Positions 28,599 through 38,308 of a stretch of 64,000 nucleotides of DNA are shown here, one piece after another (positions within the stretch are counted from its first letter, which is position 1; each line of letters begins with the position of its first letter). The notes under the pieces were generated by a model. It ran no database searches and was not told the DNA's origin. It was given only the letters and a program-made list of their open reading frames with translations. Location: NCBI GenBank assembly GCA_963717995.1, contig CAVQXX010000015.1, positions 1,841,857 through 1,905,856 on the forward strand, in the 5' to 3' direction. Source of the DNA: an uncultured Bacteroidales bacterium (GTDB taxonomy: Bacteria; Bacteroidota; Bacteroidia; Bacteroidales; UBA10428). The position numbers and the translations under genes are program-made.

Positions 28599-29132
28599 CT
28601 AGTCCCCAGTCCCTGGTCTCTGCTTAAACCATCCCGCATACATAATATAATCATCCGCGATGCGGTTGATCATTTCAGCCGTCTGTTCCGGATCCACATC
28701 TTTCACCCGTTTCGCCGGAACCCCGGCATAAATACTGCCGGGTTCCACAAGGGTGCCGGTTAATACAACCGATCCTGCCGCTATTATTGAATTTTCTCCG
28801 ATTATGGCGTTGTCAAGTATCACTGAACCCATGCCAATGAGGACATTATTTCCAATTTTAGCGCCATGAATTACCACATTATGACCAATGGAAACATTAT
28901 CACCAATTTCTATTACTGAACGCTGGTAAAGACAATGCAATACAGTACCATCCTGTATGTTGACCTTATTACCTATGCGGATAGAATTCACATCACCCCT
29001 TACCACCACACCAAACCAGAAGCTGCATTGATCACCGGCTATTACATCACCGATGATTACAGCCGTTTCAGCCAGGTAACAATTTTCACCCAGTTGCGGT
29101 GTAAAGCCCCGTACAGATTTAATTAATGCCAT
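28599..29132 (-). CDS. Gamma-carbonic-anhydrase-like / hexapeptide-repeat (LbH) family protein
   Basis: Left-handed beta-helix hexapeptide repeats ('IGDNVSIGHNVVIHGAKIGNNVLIGMGSVILDNAIIGENSIIAAGSVV'), with His residues typical of gamma-CA/PaaY/CaiE-like proteins. Confidence 0.88.
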   Translation of the reverse strand: MALIKSVRGFTPQLGENCYLAETAVIIGDVIAGDQCSFWFGVVVRGDVNSIRIGNKVNIQDGTVLHCLYQRSVIEIGDNVSIGHNVVIHGAKIGNNVLIGMGSVILDNAIIGENSIIAAGSVVLTGTLVEPGSIYAGVPAKRVKDVDPEQTAEMINRIADDYIMYAGWFKQRPGTGD

Positions 29133-29362
29133 TTAATTAGATTTATCTTTAACCAAAATTAATATACTGGCAGCAACTATTTGCATTAACTTTAAATATT
29201 CACCTTTCTAAATACATTATAAATAAGAATGCACCTAAAAGGTTTACAGTGGTTATTAATCGACCTGATTTTTGTCATAAAACTTTTATTTACAGGTTTT
29301 AATCATGGAAAGATTATGACTATTTTGTTACTATTGCAAGTGTTTAAATCGGTACCACAAAT

Positions 29363-31216
29363 ATGAAGAAAAGAGTAAAAATTATTGAACGGGATGAAGT
29401 TGTGGTGAAATTTGCCGGTGATTCCGGTGATGGCATGCAACTAACAGGAACACAATTCTCCGATACTTCAGCATTTATTGGAAATGATCTTGCCACATTT
29501 CCGGATTACCCGGCAGAAATAAGGGCTCCCCAGGGAACTGTAGCAGGTGTTTCAGGTTTTCAGGTTCATATCGGTGCAAAGGAAGTTACAACCCCGGGTG
29601 ACCTGGCTGATGTGCTGGTTGCAATGAATCCGGCTGCTCTGAAAGCCAATATGAAATGGATAAAACCGGGTGCTACAATCATTGTTGATATTGACAATTT
29701 TGATTCAAGACATTATAAACTGGCAGATTATATCGAAGATCCGCTCGAAGATGGATCCCTCGAAGGTTTTAATGTGGTAAAAGCACCCATCACCGAAATG
29801 ACCCGTGATGTGGTTAAACAGTTTGGTCTCGATGCAAAGACTGCTGATAAGACTAAAAATCAGTTTGTTGCCGGACTATTATTCTGGCTTTTTAACCGTG
29901 ATGTCAAAATTGGAGAAGATTTTCTTCATGAACGGTTTAAAAATAAACCGGAACTGATCCAGCCCAATCTTGAGGTGTTGCGCGCCGGCTATAACTATGC
30001 CGAAACGGTTGAAGCCATTGAGTCAACATACCAGGTAAATCCGGCTGAAAAAGGTTCAGGCCTTTACAGGAATATCACCGGTAATGTCGCTGTAGCATGG
30101 GGACTTCTTGCTGCATCTGAAAAAGCCGGCAGGAAGCTCTTCCTGGGCTCCTACCCCATTACTCCTGCAACCGAAATTTTGCAGGAACTTACAAAGATGA
30201 AAAAACTGGGTGCAGTTGTCTTCCAGGCAGAAGATGAAATTGCCGGCGTGTGCTCGGCTATCGGCGCTTCGTTTGCCGGATGCCTTGGAGCAACTTCCAC
30301 CTCGGGTCCCGGACTTTCACTCAAAAGTGAAGGCATCGGGCTGGCTGTTATCACAGAATTACCGCTGGTAGTTGTGGATGTCCAGCGTGGCGGACCTTCA
30401 ACGGGATTACCGACAAAAACAGAACAATCCGACCTTTTTCAGGCCCTTTACGGACGCCATGGTGAAAGCCATGTGGTGGTGCTTGCCTCCTCAACCCCGG
30501 CAAATTGTTTTGACTATGCCTTTGAAGCATCCCGCATTGCCCTGGAACACATGACACCGGTGATCCTGCTGTCAGATGGTTACCTGGCAAACGGCTCTGA
30601 ATTGTGGAAAATACCTAAAATGGCGGATCTTCCTGAAATTCATGCTCCCCTTGTTGAAGATAATGACTGCGAATACAAGCCCTATAAACGCGATCCGGAA
30701 ACGCTGGTACGTTCATGGGCGATCCCGGGACAGGAAGGACTCAGACACCATATAGGCGGACTTGAGAAATCCGATATCACCGGGGAAATTTCTTATGATC
30801 CGATTAACCATGAGAAAATGACAATCTACCGAACGGAAAAGGTTGCCCGTGTGGCTAACGATATTCCCCGACAAGCAGTGTATGGCCCTGCAAAGGGTGA
30901 CCTGTTGATCGTAGGCTGGGGCGGAACCTATGGTGCCCTGTATACTGCCGTAACTGAAATGCAGGAAGAAGGAAAGAAAATAAGTCTGGCGCAGTTCAAT
31001 TACATCAACCCCCTGCCGGTGAATACAGAAGAAATTTTTTCACAATACAAAAAGATACTTGTCTGTGAACTAAACCTTGGACAATTTTCCGGGTACCTCC
31101 GAAGCAAGCTGCCCCAGTATAATTATCTTCAATTTAACAAATTACAGGGACTTCCCTTCATGATTTCAGAGTTGAAGCATAAGTTTAATGAGATTTTGAA
31201 CCAGATAGAAAACTAA
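29363..31216 (+). CDS. korA: 2-oxoglutarate/2-oxoacid:ferredoxin oxidoreductase, alpha subunit (fused gamma-alpha type)
   Basis: 617 aa. 'KFAGDSGDGMQLTG...FPDYPAEIRAP' and 'SYPITPATEIL'. It is followed after 5 nt by the TPP-binding beta subunit. Confidence 0.88.
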   Translation: MKKRVKIIERDEVVVKFAGDSGDGMQLTGTQFSDTSAFIGNDLATFPDYPAEIRAPQGTVAGVSGFQVHIGAKEVTTPGDLADVLVAMNPAALKANMKWIKPGATIIVDIDNFDSRHYKLADYIEDPLEDGSLEGFNVVKAPITEMTRDVVKQFGLDAKTADKTKNQFVAGLLFWLFNRDVKIGEDFLHERFKNKPELIQPNLEVLRAGYNYAETVEAIESTYQVNPAEKGSGLYRNITGNVAVAWGLLAASEKAGRKLFLGSYPITPATEILQELTKMKKLGAVVFQAEDEIAGVCSAIGASFAGCLGATSTSGPGLSLKSEGIGLAVITELPLVVVDVQRGGPSTGLPTKTEQSDLFQALYGRHGESHVVVLASSTPANCFDYAFEASRIALEHMTPVILLSDGYLANGSELWKIPKMADLPEIHAPLVEDNDCEYKPYKRDPETLVRSWAIPGQEGLRHHIGGLEKSDITGEISYDPINHEKMTIYRTEKVARVANDIPRQAVYGPAKGDLLIVGWGGTYGALYTAVTEMQEEGKKISLAQFNYINPLPVNTEEIFSQYKKILVCELNLGQFSGYLRSKLPQYNYLQFNKLQGLPFMISELKHKFNEILNQIEN

Positions 31217-31221
31217 GCATT

Positions 31222-32238
31222 ATGGAAAACACGTGCATCCCAACGATACAGGATTTTAAAATGAGCTCGGCAGCACGTTGGTGCCCGGGGTGTGGTGGAC
31301 ATGCCGTTCTTGCGGCTGTTCAGCGTGCTCTCCCTGAAACCGGCGTGACAAAGGAAAAAGTCGTTTTTGTTTCAGGAATTGGCTGCTCATCGCGGTTCCC
31401 TTATTATATTCATACCTATGGATTCCATGGCCTGCATGGTCGCGGTGCAGCCATTGCCTCGGGTATCAAACTTGCCAATCCCGGACTGAGCGTATGGCTC
31501 GTCACCGGTGACGGCGATTCGTTAGCCATAGGAGGAAATCACTTTATCCACCTGCTCAGAAGGAATTTAGATATTAACGTCCTTCTATTTAACAATAAGA
31601 TCTACGGGCTGACCAAAGGACAATACTCACCCACAACACCAAAAGGAAGCATTACAAAATCCTCACCCGATGGTACGATCGAAAATCCTTTTCTTCCCGG
31701 TGAACTGGCCATGGGTGCACAGGGCAACTTCTTTGCCAGGGTTGTGGACAATGATCTTGAACTGATGAAGGATGTATTTATTCAGGCTGCCAGGCATAAA
31801 GGCACATCCCTTGTTGAAGTACTGCAGAATTGCGTGATCTTCAATGATGACATCCATGCTGAAATTACAGGCAAGGAATTACGTGAAGAGCACCAGCTTC
31901 GCCTTGAGCATGGTAAACCCATGATCTTTGGAAAAAACAAGGATTTAGGACTTATCCAGGAAGGCGCCCGCTTTAAAGTTGTTAAAATCGGGGAAAACGG
32001 CATCCGCAAAGAAGATATTCTCATCCATGATGCTGTAAATCCCGACGACACAAGGCATTATATGCTCGCCCGTATGACGCTGCCCGAGTTTCCGATTGCT
32101 ACCGGTGTGATCAAGGCATGCAAAAGCACGGTTTACGAGGAAATGCTATATGACCAGATAAAGACCATACGGTCAAAATCAAAGATCCTCAATATGGACG
32201 ATCTGCTGGCAAGTGGCAATACATTTAAACTGGAATAA
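31222..32238 (+). CDS. korB: 2-oxoglutarate/2-oxoacid:ferredoxin oxidoreductase, beta subunit
   Basis: 'WCPGCGGHAVL', 'GIGCSSRFP', and 'GDGDSLAIGGNHFIH...NNKIYGLTKGQ' (the TPP motif). Confidence 0.9.
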   Translation: MENTCIPTIQDFKMSSAARWCPGCGGHAVLAAVQRALPETGVTKEKVVFVSGIGCSSRFPYYIHTYGFHGLHGRGAAIASGIKLANPGLSVWLVTGDGDSLAIGGNHFIHLLRRNLDINVLLFNNKIYGLTKGQYSPTTPKGSITKSSPDGTIENPFLPGELAMGAQGNFFARVVDNDLELMKDVFIQAARHKGTSLVEVLQNCVIFNDDIHAEITGKELREEHQLRLEHGKPMIFGKNKDLGLIQEGARFKVVKIGENGIRKEDILIHDAVNPDDTRHYMLARMTLPEFPIATGVIKACKSTVYEEMLYDQIKTIRSKSKILNMDDLLASGNTFKLE

Positions 32239-32297
32239 GCTGGTGCATAAGGAAAGGTTTTTTTGACTAAATTTCATCCACACAATTACCCTGAACC

Positions 32298-35297
32298 ATG
32301 TCAAAGCGAGTGGAAGAAAGTCATATCGAAACCTACTATTTTTCAGATACTTCCTTTAACCTCTTGATGCAGAATCGCATCAGGAAGGTTCTGGTGATTT
32401 GCAGCAGTTATGATTTCTACATGCTCGAAGAGGATGGTCGTATTGATGAGCAGATATTTAATGAATATGTATCCCTGAATCTGCGGTATCCCCCCGTCTT
32501 TATTCACGCTGACTCTGCCAAAAAAGCGCTGAAAATACTTGAAGAAGACAGGATAGACCTTGTCATTGAGATGTTAAGCATCGGGGATGTCGACACGTTT
32601 GAGCTTGCCAGGCACCTGAAGGAAAAACATCCCAGGATACCCATTGTTGTATTGACCCATTTTTCAAGAGAAGTGTCTCTGAAACTGGAAAATGAGGACC
32701 TCAGCGCCATCGATTATGTATTTTGCTGGCTTGGCAACAGTGACTTGTTGCTGGCCATCATTAAACTGATTGAAGATCGTATGAACGCGGAATTCGATAT
32801 TCAGGAAGTAGGCGTCCAATCGATATTGCTCATTGAGGATTCGGTGCGCTTTATATCTTCCTACCTTCCTGTTCTGTATAAGGTGGTACTTGAACAATCC
32901 ATGGAATTTATGAAGGAGGCATTGAATGAGCATCAGAAAATGCTTCGCCGCAGGGGAAGGCCTAAGATCCTGCTGGCCCAGAATTATGAGGATGCACTGA
33001 ACATCTACCGGAAATACAAGAGTAACATCATGGGGATCATTTCGGATGTGAGTTATAAAATGACATCCAACCGGAAAGATCCTAAATTCCGTGGCGGGAT
33101 TGATCTCTGCAGGCTTGTAAAATCAGAAGACAAGAATATTCCCTTTCTGCTGCAGTCATCTGACCTTTCCAATCAAACCTATGCAAATGAACTGAATGCA
33201 GGCTTTCTTCATAAACACTCAAAAAATCTTTCATATGATCTGAAAGATTATATCCTCAGGAATTTCGGATTTGGTGAATTCATATTCAGGGATCCGGAAA
33301 CCATGGTGGAATATTGTGTGGCAGCAAATCTCCGCGATCTGCAGCAGATGATCATGACAGTTCCTGATAATATCCTGATATATCACACCCAGCGCGACGA
33401 TATTTCCAAGTGGCTCAATGCCCGTGCTTTGTTTCCAATTGCCCAGATCTTTAAACCGGCTAAACTCGAGGACTTTAGAAGTCTGCTGGATGTTAGAAAA
33501 TACATTTATAAAGCCATTTCGAGTTTCCGTACAAGCAAGGCCAAGGGGGTAATTGCCGAATTCGACAGGCATCTGTATGACGAGTATGTCGGGTTTTCCC
33601 GTATCGGTGAAGGCTCTATTGGTGGAAAGGCCAGGGGCCTGGCTTTTTTCGACAGCTTTCTGAAAAAGGACCTGTTCTTTGGAAAATATCCGAATGTTTC
33701 GATTTCAATCCCCCATACTGTTGTTCTCAGTACAGAGGTATTTGATGAGTTTATGGATGAAAATGATCTGTACACACTGGCTGTTTCGGGTAGCACTGAT
33801 GAAGAGATATTGAACAGCTTTGTAAATGCAAGGCTGCCCGAACATATTTACCAGGACCTGGGCTCAATCATCCTACAGGCCAGGAACCCGATTGCCATCA
33901 GATCATCTAGCAAGCTTGAAGATTCTTATTATCAGCCATTTGCCGGGATCTATAATACTTACATGATCCCCATCGTTCCCGTGAAGGCCCTGGCAATCCG
34001 CATGCTTGAGAATGCTATAAAATGTGTCTATGCATCTGTTTTCTTCAAATCAAGCAAGGCATATGCAATGGCCACATCCAACCTGATCGATGAGGAAAAG
34101 ATGGGCATCATTATCCAGGAAGTCTGCGGCCGGCAGTATGGAGACCGCTTTTATCCGTCCATATCGGGAGTTGCCCGATCCATTAATTTTTACCCGATCA
34201 GTCCGGAAAAAACCAATGACGGAATTGCCACAATCGCTTTCGGACTGGGTAAACTGATCGCTGAAGGCGGTACCGGGCTTCGTTTTTCACCAAAATATCC
34301 ACGAAAGATAATTCAGTTGTCAAATCCCGATCTGGCCATCAAATCTACCCAGAAGTATTTTTATGCCCTTGACATGAATCCGGAAAGTTTTGTCCCGTCT
34401 CCTGATGATACAATTAATCTCAAGCGGCTTAACATACAGGATGCCGTTCAGGATGGTACATTAAAGATGGTGGCTTCCGTGTACGATCTCGAAAACCAGA
34501 CTATAATTGATGATTATGATACCCCTGGCAAAAAGATCGTCACATTCTCTCATATTCTGAACCATGACATCTTTCCCCTGGCAGAAATCCTGGATAATCT
34601 GCTCCAGTTAGGTCAAAAAGCCATGAATAACCCCGTAGAAATAGAATTTGCCGTTGACCTGGATATGACTTCCAAAAATCCTGTTTCATTTAATCTTCTC
34701 CAGATCAGGCCTATTGTTATCAATGAACAAAGCCTTAACTTCAGGATTGATAAGATTAATCAGGATGAAGTAATCATCTATTCTGAGAAGGCGCTTGGCA
34801 ATGGGGTTTATAACCAGATCGCCGATGTGGTATACGTGAAACCAGAGGCTTTCAGGCCGGCTGAAAGCGTGAAAATCGCCCGCGAACTGGAGAAGATAAA
34901 TGATCATTTTGTTCAGTCACAACATGCTTACATGCTTGTTGGACCTGGAAGATGGGGTTCAAGTGATCCATGGCTTGGAATCCCGATCAAATGGGCTCAT
35001 ATTTCGCAGGCAAGGATTATTGTTGAATCGGGACTGGAACATTTCCGCGTTGATCCAAGCCAGGGAACTCATTTCTTTCACAATCTTACAAGTTTTGGAG
35101 TAGGCTACCTAACCGTGAATCCGTTTTTGAATGATGGCATTTACTGCGTTGATTTTCTTAATGCACAGCCGGCTATAACAGAAACCGGATTTCTGAGGCA
35201 TGTAAAATTTTCAAAATCCCTCAAGATTGAAATTGACGGAAAAACAAACCGGGCCGTGGTGTACAAGCCTGTTAATTCATCGGTCACAGCGGTTTAG
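32298..35297 (+). CDS. Multidomain signalling protein with two N-terminal receiver-like domains and a PEP/pyruvate-binding (PPDK_N, ATP-grasp) domain, followed by a conserved C-terminal 'GPGRWGS' domain
   Basis: REC-like 1 is 'KVLVICSSYD...DLVIEMLS...IVVLT', with the acceptor position apparently Glu. REC-like 2 is 'ILLIEDS...GIISDVSY...FLLQSS...LHK'. The PPDK_N-type motif is 'GEGSIGGKARGLAF' with 'IRSSSKLEDS'. I saw no phospho-His swivel or PEP-utilizer TIM barrel. Confidence 0.65.
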   Translation: MSKRVEESHIETYYFSDTSFNLLMQNRIRKVLVICSSYDFYMLEEDGRIDEQIFNEYVSLNLRYPPVFIHADSAKKALKILEEDRIDLVIEMLSIGDVDTFELARHLKEKHPRIPIVVLTHFSREVSLKLENEDLSAIDYVFCWLGNSDLLLAIIKLIEDRMNAEFDIQEVGVQSILLIEDSVRFISSYLPVLYKVVLEQSMEFMKEALNEHQKMLRRRGRPKILLAQNYEDALNIYRKYKSNIMGIISDVSYKMTSNRKDPKFRGGIDLCRLVKSEDKNIPFLLQSSDLSNQTYANELNAGFLHKHSKNLSYDLKDYILRNFGFGEFIFRDPETMVEYCVAANLRDLQQMIMTVPDNILIYHTQRDDISKWLNARALFPIAQIFKPAKLEDFRSLLDVRKYIYKAISSFRTSKAKGVIAEFDRHLYDEYVGFSRIGEGSIGGKARGLAFFDSFLKKDLFFGKYPNVSISIPHTVVLSTEVFDEFMDENDLYTLAVSGSTDEEILNSFVNARLPEHIYQDLGSIILQARNPIAIRSSSKLEDSYYQPFAGIYNTYMIPIVPVKALAIRMLENAIKCVYASVFFKSSKAYAMATSNLIDEEKMGIIIQEVCGRQYGDRFYPSISGVARSINFYPISPEKTNDGIATIAFGLGKLIAEGGTGLRFSPKYPRKIIQLSNPDLAIKSTQKYFYALDMNPESFVPSPDDTINLKRLNIQDAVQDGTLKMVASVYDLENQTIIDDYDTPGKKIVTFSHILNHDIFPLAEILDNLLQLGQKAMNNPVEIEFAVDLDMTSKNPVSFNLLQIRPIVINEQSLNFRIDKINQDEVIIYSEKALGNGVYNQIADVVYVKPEAFRPAESVKIARELEKINDHFVQSQHAYMLVGPGRWGSSDPWLGIPIKWAHISQARIIVESGLEHFRVDPSQGTHFFHNLTSFGVGYLTVNPFLNDGIYCVDFLNAQPAITETGFLRHVKFSKSLKIEIDGKTNRAVVYKPVNSSVTAV

Positions 35298-35304
35298 TTA
35301 AACC

Positions 35305-36234
35305 CTAGGAATGGAAGACCAAAAGCGGAATACCACTGTGATAGAATAGCTTTTTGGGCAGATTCGGCTTAAACAGTTTCTCAATGATGCTCCGGCGATG
35401 AGAGGTAAGTGAAACAATGTTGATGTTTTTTTCTCGTACAAGGTTATCCAGGTTTTCCAGCAGGTTTTTCTGATTGATGAAGCTGTAGGTCACCTGTGTC
35501 TTTCCATATGCCTTACTGAAATAAGCCATTAGCCCGTCCATTTTTATCTGGTCCCATTCTTTCGGATCCTCCCCGATATGCACACAGTGTATGTCAAGAT
35601 CAAGCTGTTCGGTAATATTCATCAGTTTTTTGAGAGAGAGAAAATCAGATTCATCAAAATCAGTCACATACAATACATTCTTAACATTTTTCTCCCCTAT
35701 AAAGATGTATTTCTCAGGCACGGCTATGATTGGAAATGTTATCCGGTTGATGACAGCCGCAGTGACACTGCCAATAATGGAGCCGACACCGGTTCCTTTA
35801 CCATGGGTACCCATAACCACCAGGTCGGGTTCATATTCCTGGCTGAATTGAATGATCTCATCTTCAGGAACTCCGGGTGCAATGTCATAACTAAATAGGG
35901 TGGCCTTCATGCCGCATTCGGCAACATAATCCTTCATTTGCTGGATAAAGCTTTCGATAGTGGCCCTTTCACTTTCCTCAAGATTGGTAGTTACCTCTTC
36001 ACGCAGTTGTGTCTGGGTTTGAACCGCACCTGCCAGTTCAATCAGGTCAAAAGCCGGGGAATAATACGTGTGAAAAAATTTGATTTCGGCACCCACCTTG
36101 CAGGCTATTTTAATCGCATAGCGGCAGGCGAACTTTGAACATTCAGAATAATCCACAGGAACAAAGATCTTTCGAATAACACCCGAGAAGGCCGTCTTAT
36201 CTGAAATATGGCTGGCTGCTTTCATATCCCACAA
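35305..36234 (-). CDS. Tandem universal stress protein (2x UspA domain)
   Basis: 'DLVVMGTHGKGTGVGSIIGSVTAAVI' is the Usp ATP-binding G-2x-G-9x-G(S/T) region, and a second Usp-like half follows. Convergent with the preceding gene, with a 7-nt gap. Confidence 0.8.
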   Translation of the reverse strand: MWDMKAASHISDKTAFSGVIRKIFVPVDYSECSKFACRYAIKIACKVGAEIKFFHTYYSPAFDLIELAGAVQTQTQLREEVTTNLEESERATIESFIQQMKDYVAECGMKATLFSYDIAPGVPEDEIIQFSQEYEPDLVVMGTHGKGTGVGSIIGSVTAAVINRITFPIIAVPEKYIFIGEKNVKNVLYVTDFDESDFLSLKKLMNITEQLDLDIHCVHIGEDPKEWDQIKMDGLMAYFSKAYGKTQVTYSFINQKNLLENLDNLVREKNINIVSLTSHRRSIIEKLFKPNLPKKLFYHSGIPLLVFHS

Positions 36235-36390
36235 TATTTAAGGAATTAAAACCTTGTACAAGTTAGTTAAAAAATGGGTCGATTGCAATATCTGCTTGAG
36301 AAGATATGAGAGTTGAGTAGGGAGTCCCTCAGCATTTATCAATTTTGCCCCAAAATAATTAACTGAAATGGAAAATGCGAACAAAGTGAG

Positions 36391-36569
36391 CATTCATCTG
36401 CGTGCCGAAGGCATCCCTTCGGGAAAATCTGCGGAATCTGCGAGAGAAGTTTTTGGAATTTATGACTTTACAGGGAATATGTAAAAGTTTTACCGCCGAG
36501 GTCACGAAGGAATACGCAAAGTTCACAAAGTTTAATTTTGAGGCGCTTTGCTTTTTTGAGGTCGCAGAG
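36391..36569. repeat. Degenerate word-repeat region sharing 10-12-nt strings with 10457-10636
   Basis: cattcatctg occurs at 36391 and 10457. gaaaatctgcg / atctgcgaga occurs at 36423-36445 and 10623-10636. gaggtcgcagag occurs at 36558 and 10557. There is also a hairpin CCGAAGG-catc-CCTTCGG at about 36404-36421. Confidence 0.7.
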
Positions 36570-36658
36570 TTTAGCGACCCTGCCTTTGTGCCTTTGTTAC
36601 AGTCATTTAAAATCTAGTTATTTAAGAGTAAGGAGTAGGGAGATTCCACTCTGAAGAG

Positions 36659-36688
36659 ACTGCAAGACTGCAAGACCGCAAGACTGCC
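36659..36688. repeat. ACTGCAAG octamer array (about 3.7 units)
   Basis: Units are actgcaag, actgcaag, accgcaag, actgcc. The unit is identical to that at 9027-9050. Confidence 0.85.
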
Positions 36689-36817
36689 TTGAGATTTCAG
36701 TTGCAGACTTTTGACAGATCGTTATCAAGACACAATATAAATAAATGGAGGCAACACCCCCGAAATAATAAAATATATATTTTCGGGAATTAAATCAGGA
36801 TCACTCTTACAGGTTAC

Positions 36818-38308
36818 ATGAAAAAGGATAAAACTGCTGTCATAATTGGTGCAGGTATAGCCGGAATTACAACTGCCCTTTACCTGGCCCGGGAAGGTTT
36901 TAATGTAACTGTTTATGAAAAGAATTCCTTCCCCGGAGGCCGCTGTGGCCAGATTCTCCGTGATGGTCACAGGTTTGATCTTGGTGCCACTATTTTCCTG
37001 ATGCCCGGGATATACAGAAAGGTATTCAAATCACTTGGACTGACAATTGATGAATGTTTTGATTCGACCCCTTTATCTACATTATATACAATGCATTTTG
37101 GGGACGGCACAACTCTTTGCTTTTCAACTGATAAATCTGTATTGAAGGAAGAACTGGAGAAATTAGAAAAGGGGAGTTTTGAAAAATCCCAGCAGTTTAT
37201 CAAAACCGGATACCACCTTTTTCAATTGTCGATGGATCATCTTCTCAGCAGAAATTTTTACAGGATGAGGGATTTTATAACCCTTGACAATGCTTTGCTT
37301 TTACTGCGATTGAAAACGTACATGAAGCATATGACGTTTGTAAAGCGGTATTTTAAAAATAAAAACCTTCAGAAGGCTTTCTCGTTTCAGAATATTTATG
37401 TAGGACAGGACCCTTATAAGGCACCTGCCCTTTTCGCCATGCTGCCGGCCGCCGAGTTGACCGAAGGTTCCCTCTTTCCTGCCGGAGGTATGTTCAGTGT
37501 TACTGAAAAAATGATGTCACTGGCCACCGGGGCCGGAGCCCGTTTTGTATACAGCATGCCTGTTGCCAGAATTCAAACCGACGGGGATCATGTGAACGGT
37601 GTTGTCTTACAGAACGGTCAAACCATACTGGCTGATCTGGTCATTGCCAATGCTGATCTTCCTTACGTTTACCGGGAACTGCTCCCGGATAAAAGAAAAT
37701 CAAATCGCATCGGGAAACTGCGCTATTCCTGCTCGGCTATCGTAATTCACTGGGGACTGGATAAGGTTTATCCTCAGTTTAGTCATCATAATGTATTTTT
37801 ATCTGATGATTACGAGAATAACCTCCATAAAATTTTTCATGATCAATCGATTTCCGATCATCCCAGTTTTTATGTGCATGCACCGGTCAGATCCGATCCA
37901 GCAGCCGCACCTACAGGACACGATACAATATCAATCATTATTCCCTCGGGCCATTACAGTGAAACAGATGATCAAAACTGGAATGAGCTGAAAAACAAAG
38001 CCCGGGTATCCGTCATATCAAGGCTAAAAAAACTTGGCATGACTGATATTGAAGAACATATCAAATTTGAAATCTGTTATCTGCCCCAAACCTGGAAAAA
38101 TATGTTCAATCTCTCAAAGGGCGCTACATTTGGAAGTCTCGGTCACAATATATTTCAGATGGGATATTTCAGACCCCATAACCGGCATAACCGGTATAAA
38201 AACCTTTATTTCGCCGGTGGCAGTACACATCCGGGCAGCGGCATACCTCTCGTGTTACTTTCAGCACAGCTCACTTCTGAACGCATAATAAAAGAATATT
38301 CATCATGA
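36818..38308 (+). CDS. crtI: Phytoene-desaturase-family FAD oxidoreductase (CrtI/CrtN type)
   Basis: N-terminal dinucleotide fold 'AVIIGAGIAGITTALYLAREGFNVTVYEKNSFPGGRCG' and C-terminal 'LYFAGGSTHPGSGIPLV'. Whether the substrate is C40 or C30 cannot be decided from sequence alone. Confidence 0.8.
   Translation: MKKDKTAVIIGAGIAGITTALYLAREGFNVTVYEKNSFPGGRCGQILRDGHRFDLGATIFLMPGIYRKVFKSLGLTIDECFDSTPLSTLYTMHFGDGTTLCFSTDKSVLKEELEKLEKGSFEKSQQFIKTGYHLFQLSMDHLLSRNFYRMRDFITLDNALLLLRLKTYMKHMTFVKRYFKNKNLQKAFSFQNIYVGQDPYKAPALFAMLPAAELTEGSLFPAGGMFSVTEKMMSLATGAGARFVYSMPVARIQTDGDHVNGVVLQNGQTILADLVIANADLPYVYRELLPDKRKSNRIGKLRYSCSAIVIHWGLDKVYPQFSHHNVFLSDDYENNLHKIFHDQSISDHPSFYVHAPVRSDPAAAPTGHDTISIIIPSGHYSETDDQNWNELKNKARVSVISRLKKLGMTDIEEHIKFEICYLPQTWKNMFNLSKGATFGSLGHNIFQMGYFRPHNRHNRYKNLYFAGGSTHPGSGIPLVLLSAQLTSERIIKEYSS

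Noticed and set aside
36402-36617. 71-aa ORF (GTG start) in the usp-crtI spacer
   Set aside because: It lies entirely within degenerate word-repeat DNA shared with 10457-10636. Its odd composition is driven by the repeats, and I saw no RBS, promoter logic or recognisable domain.
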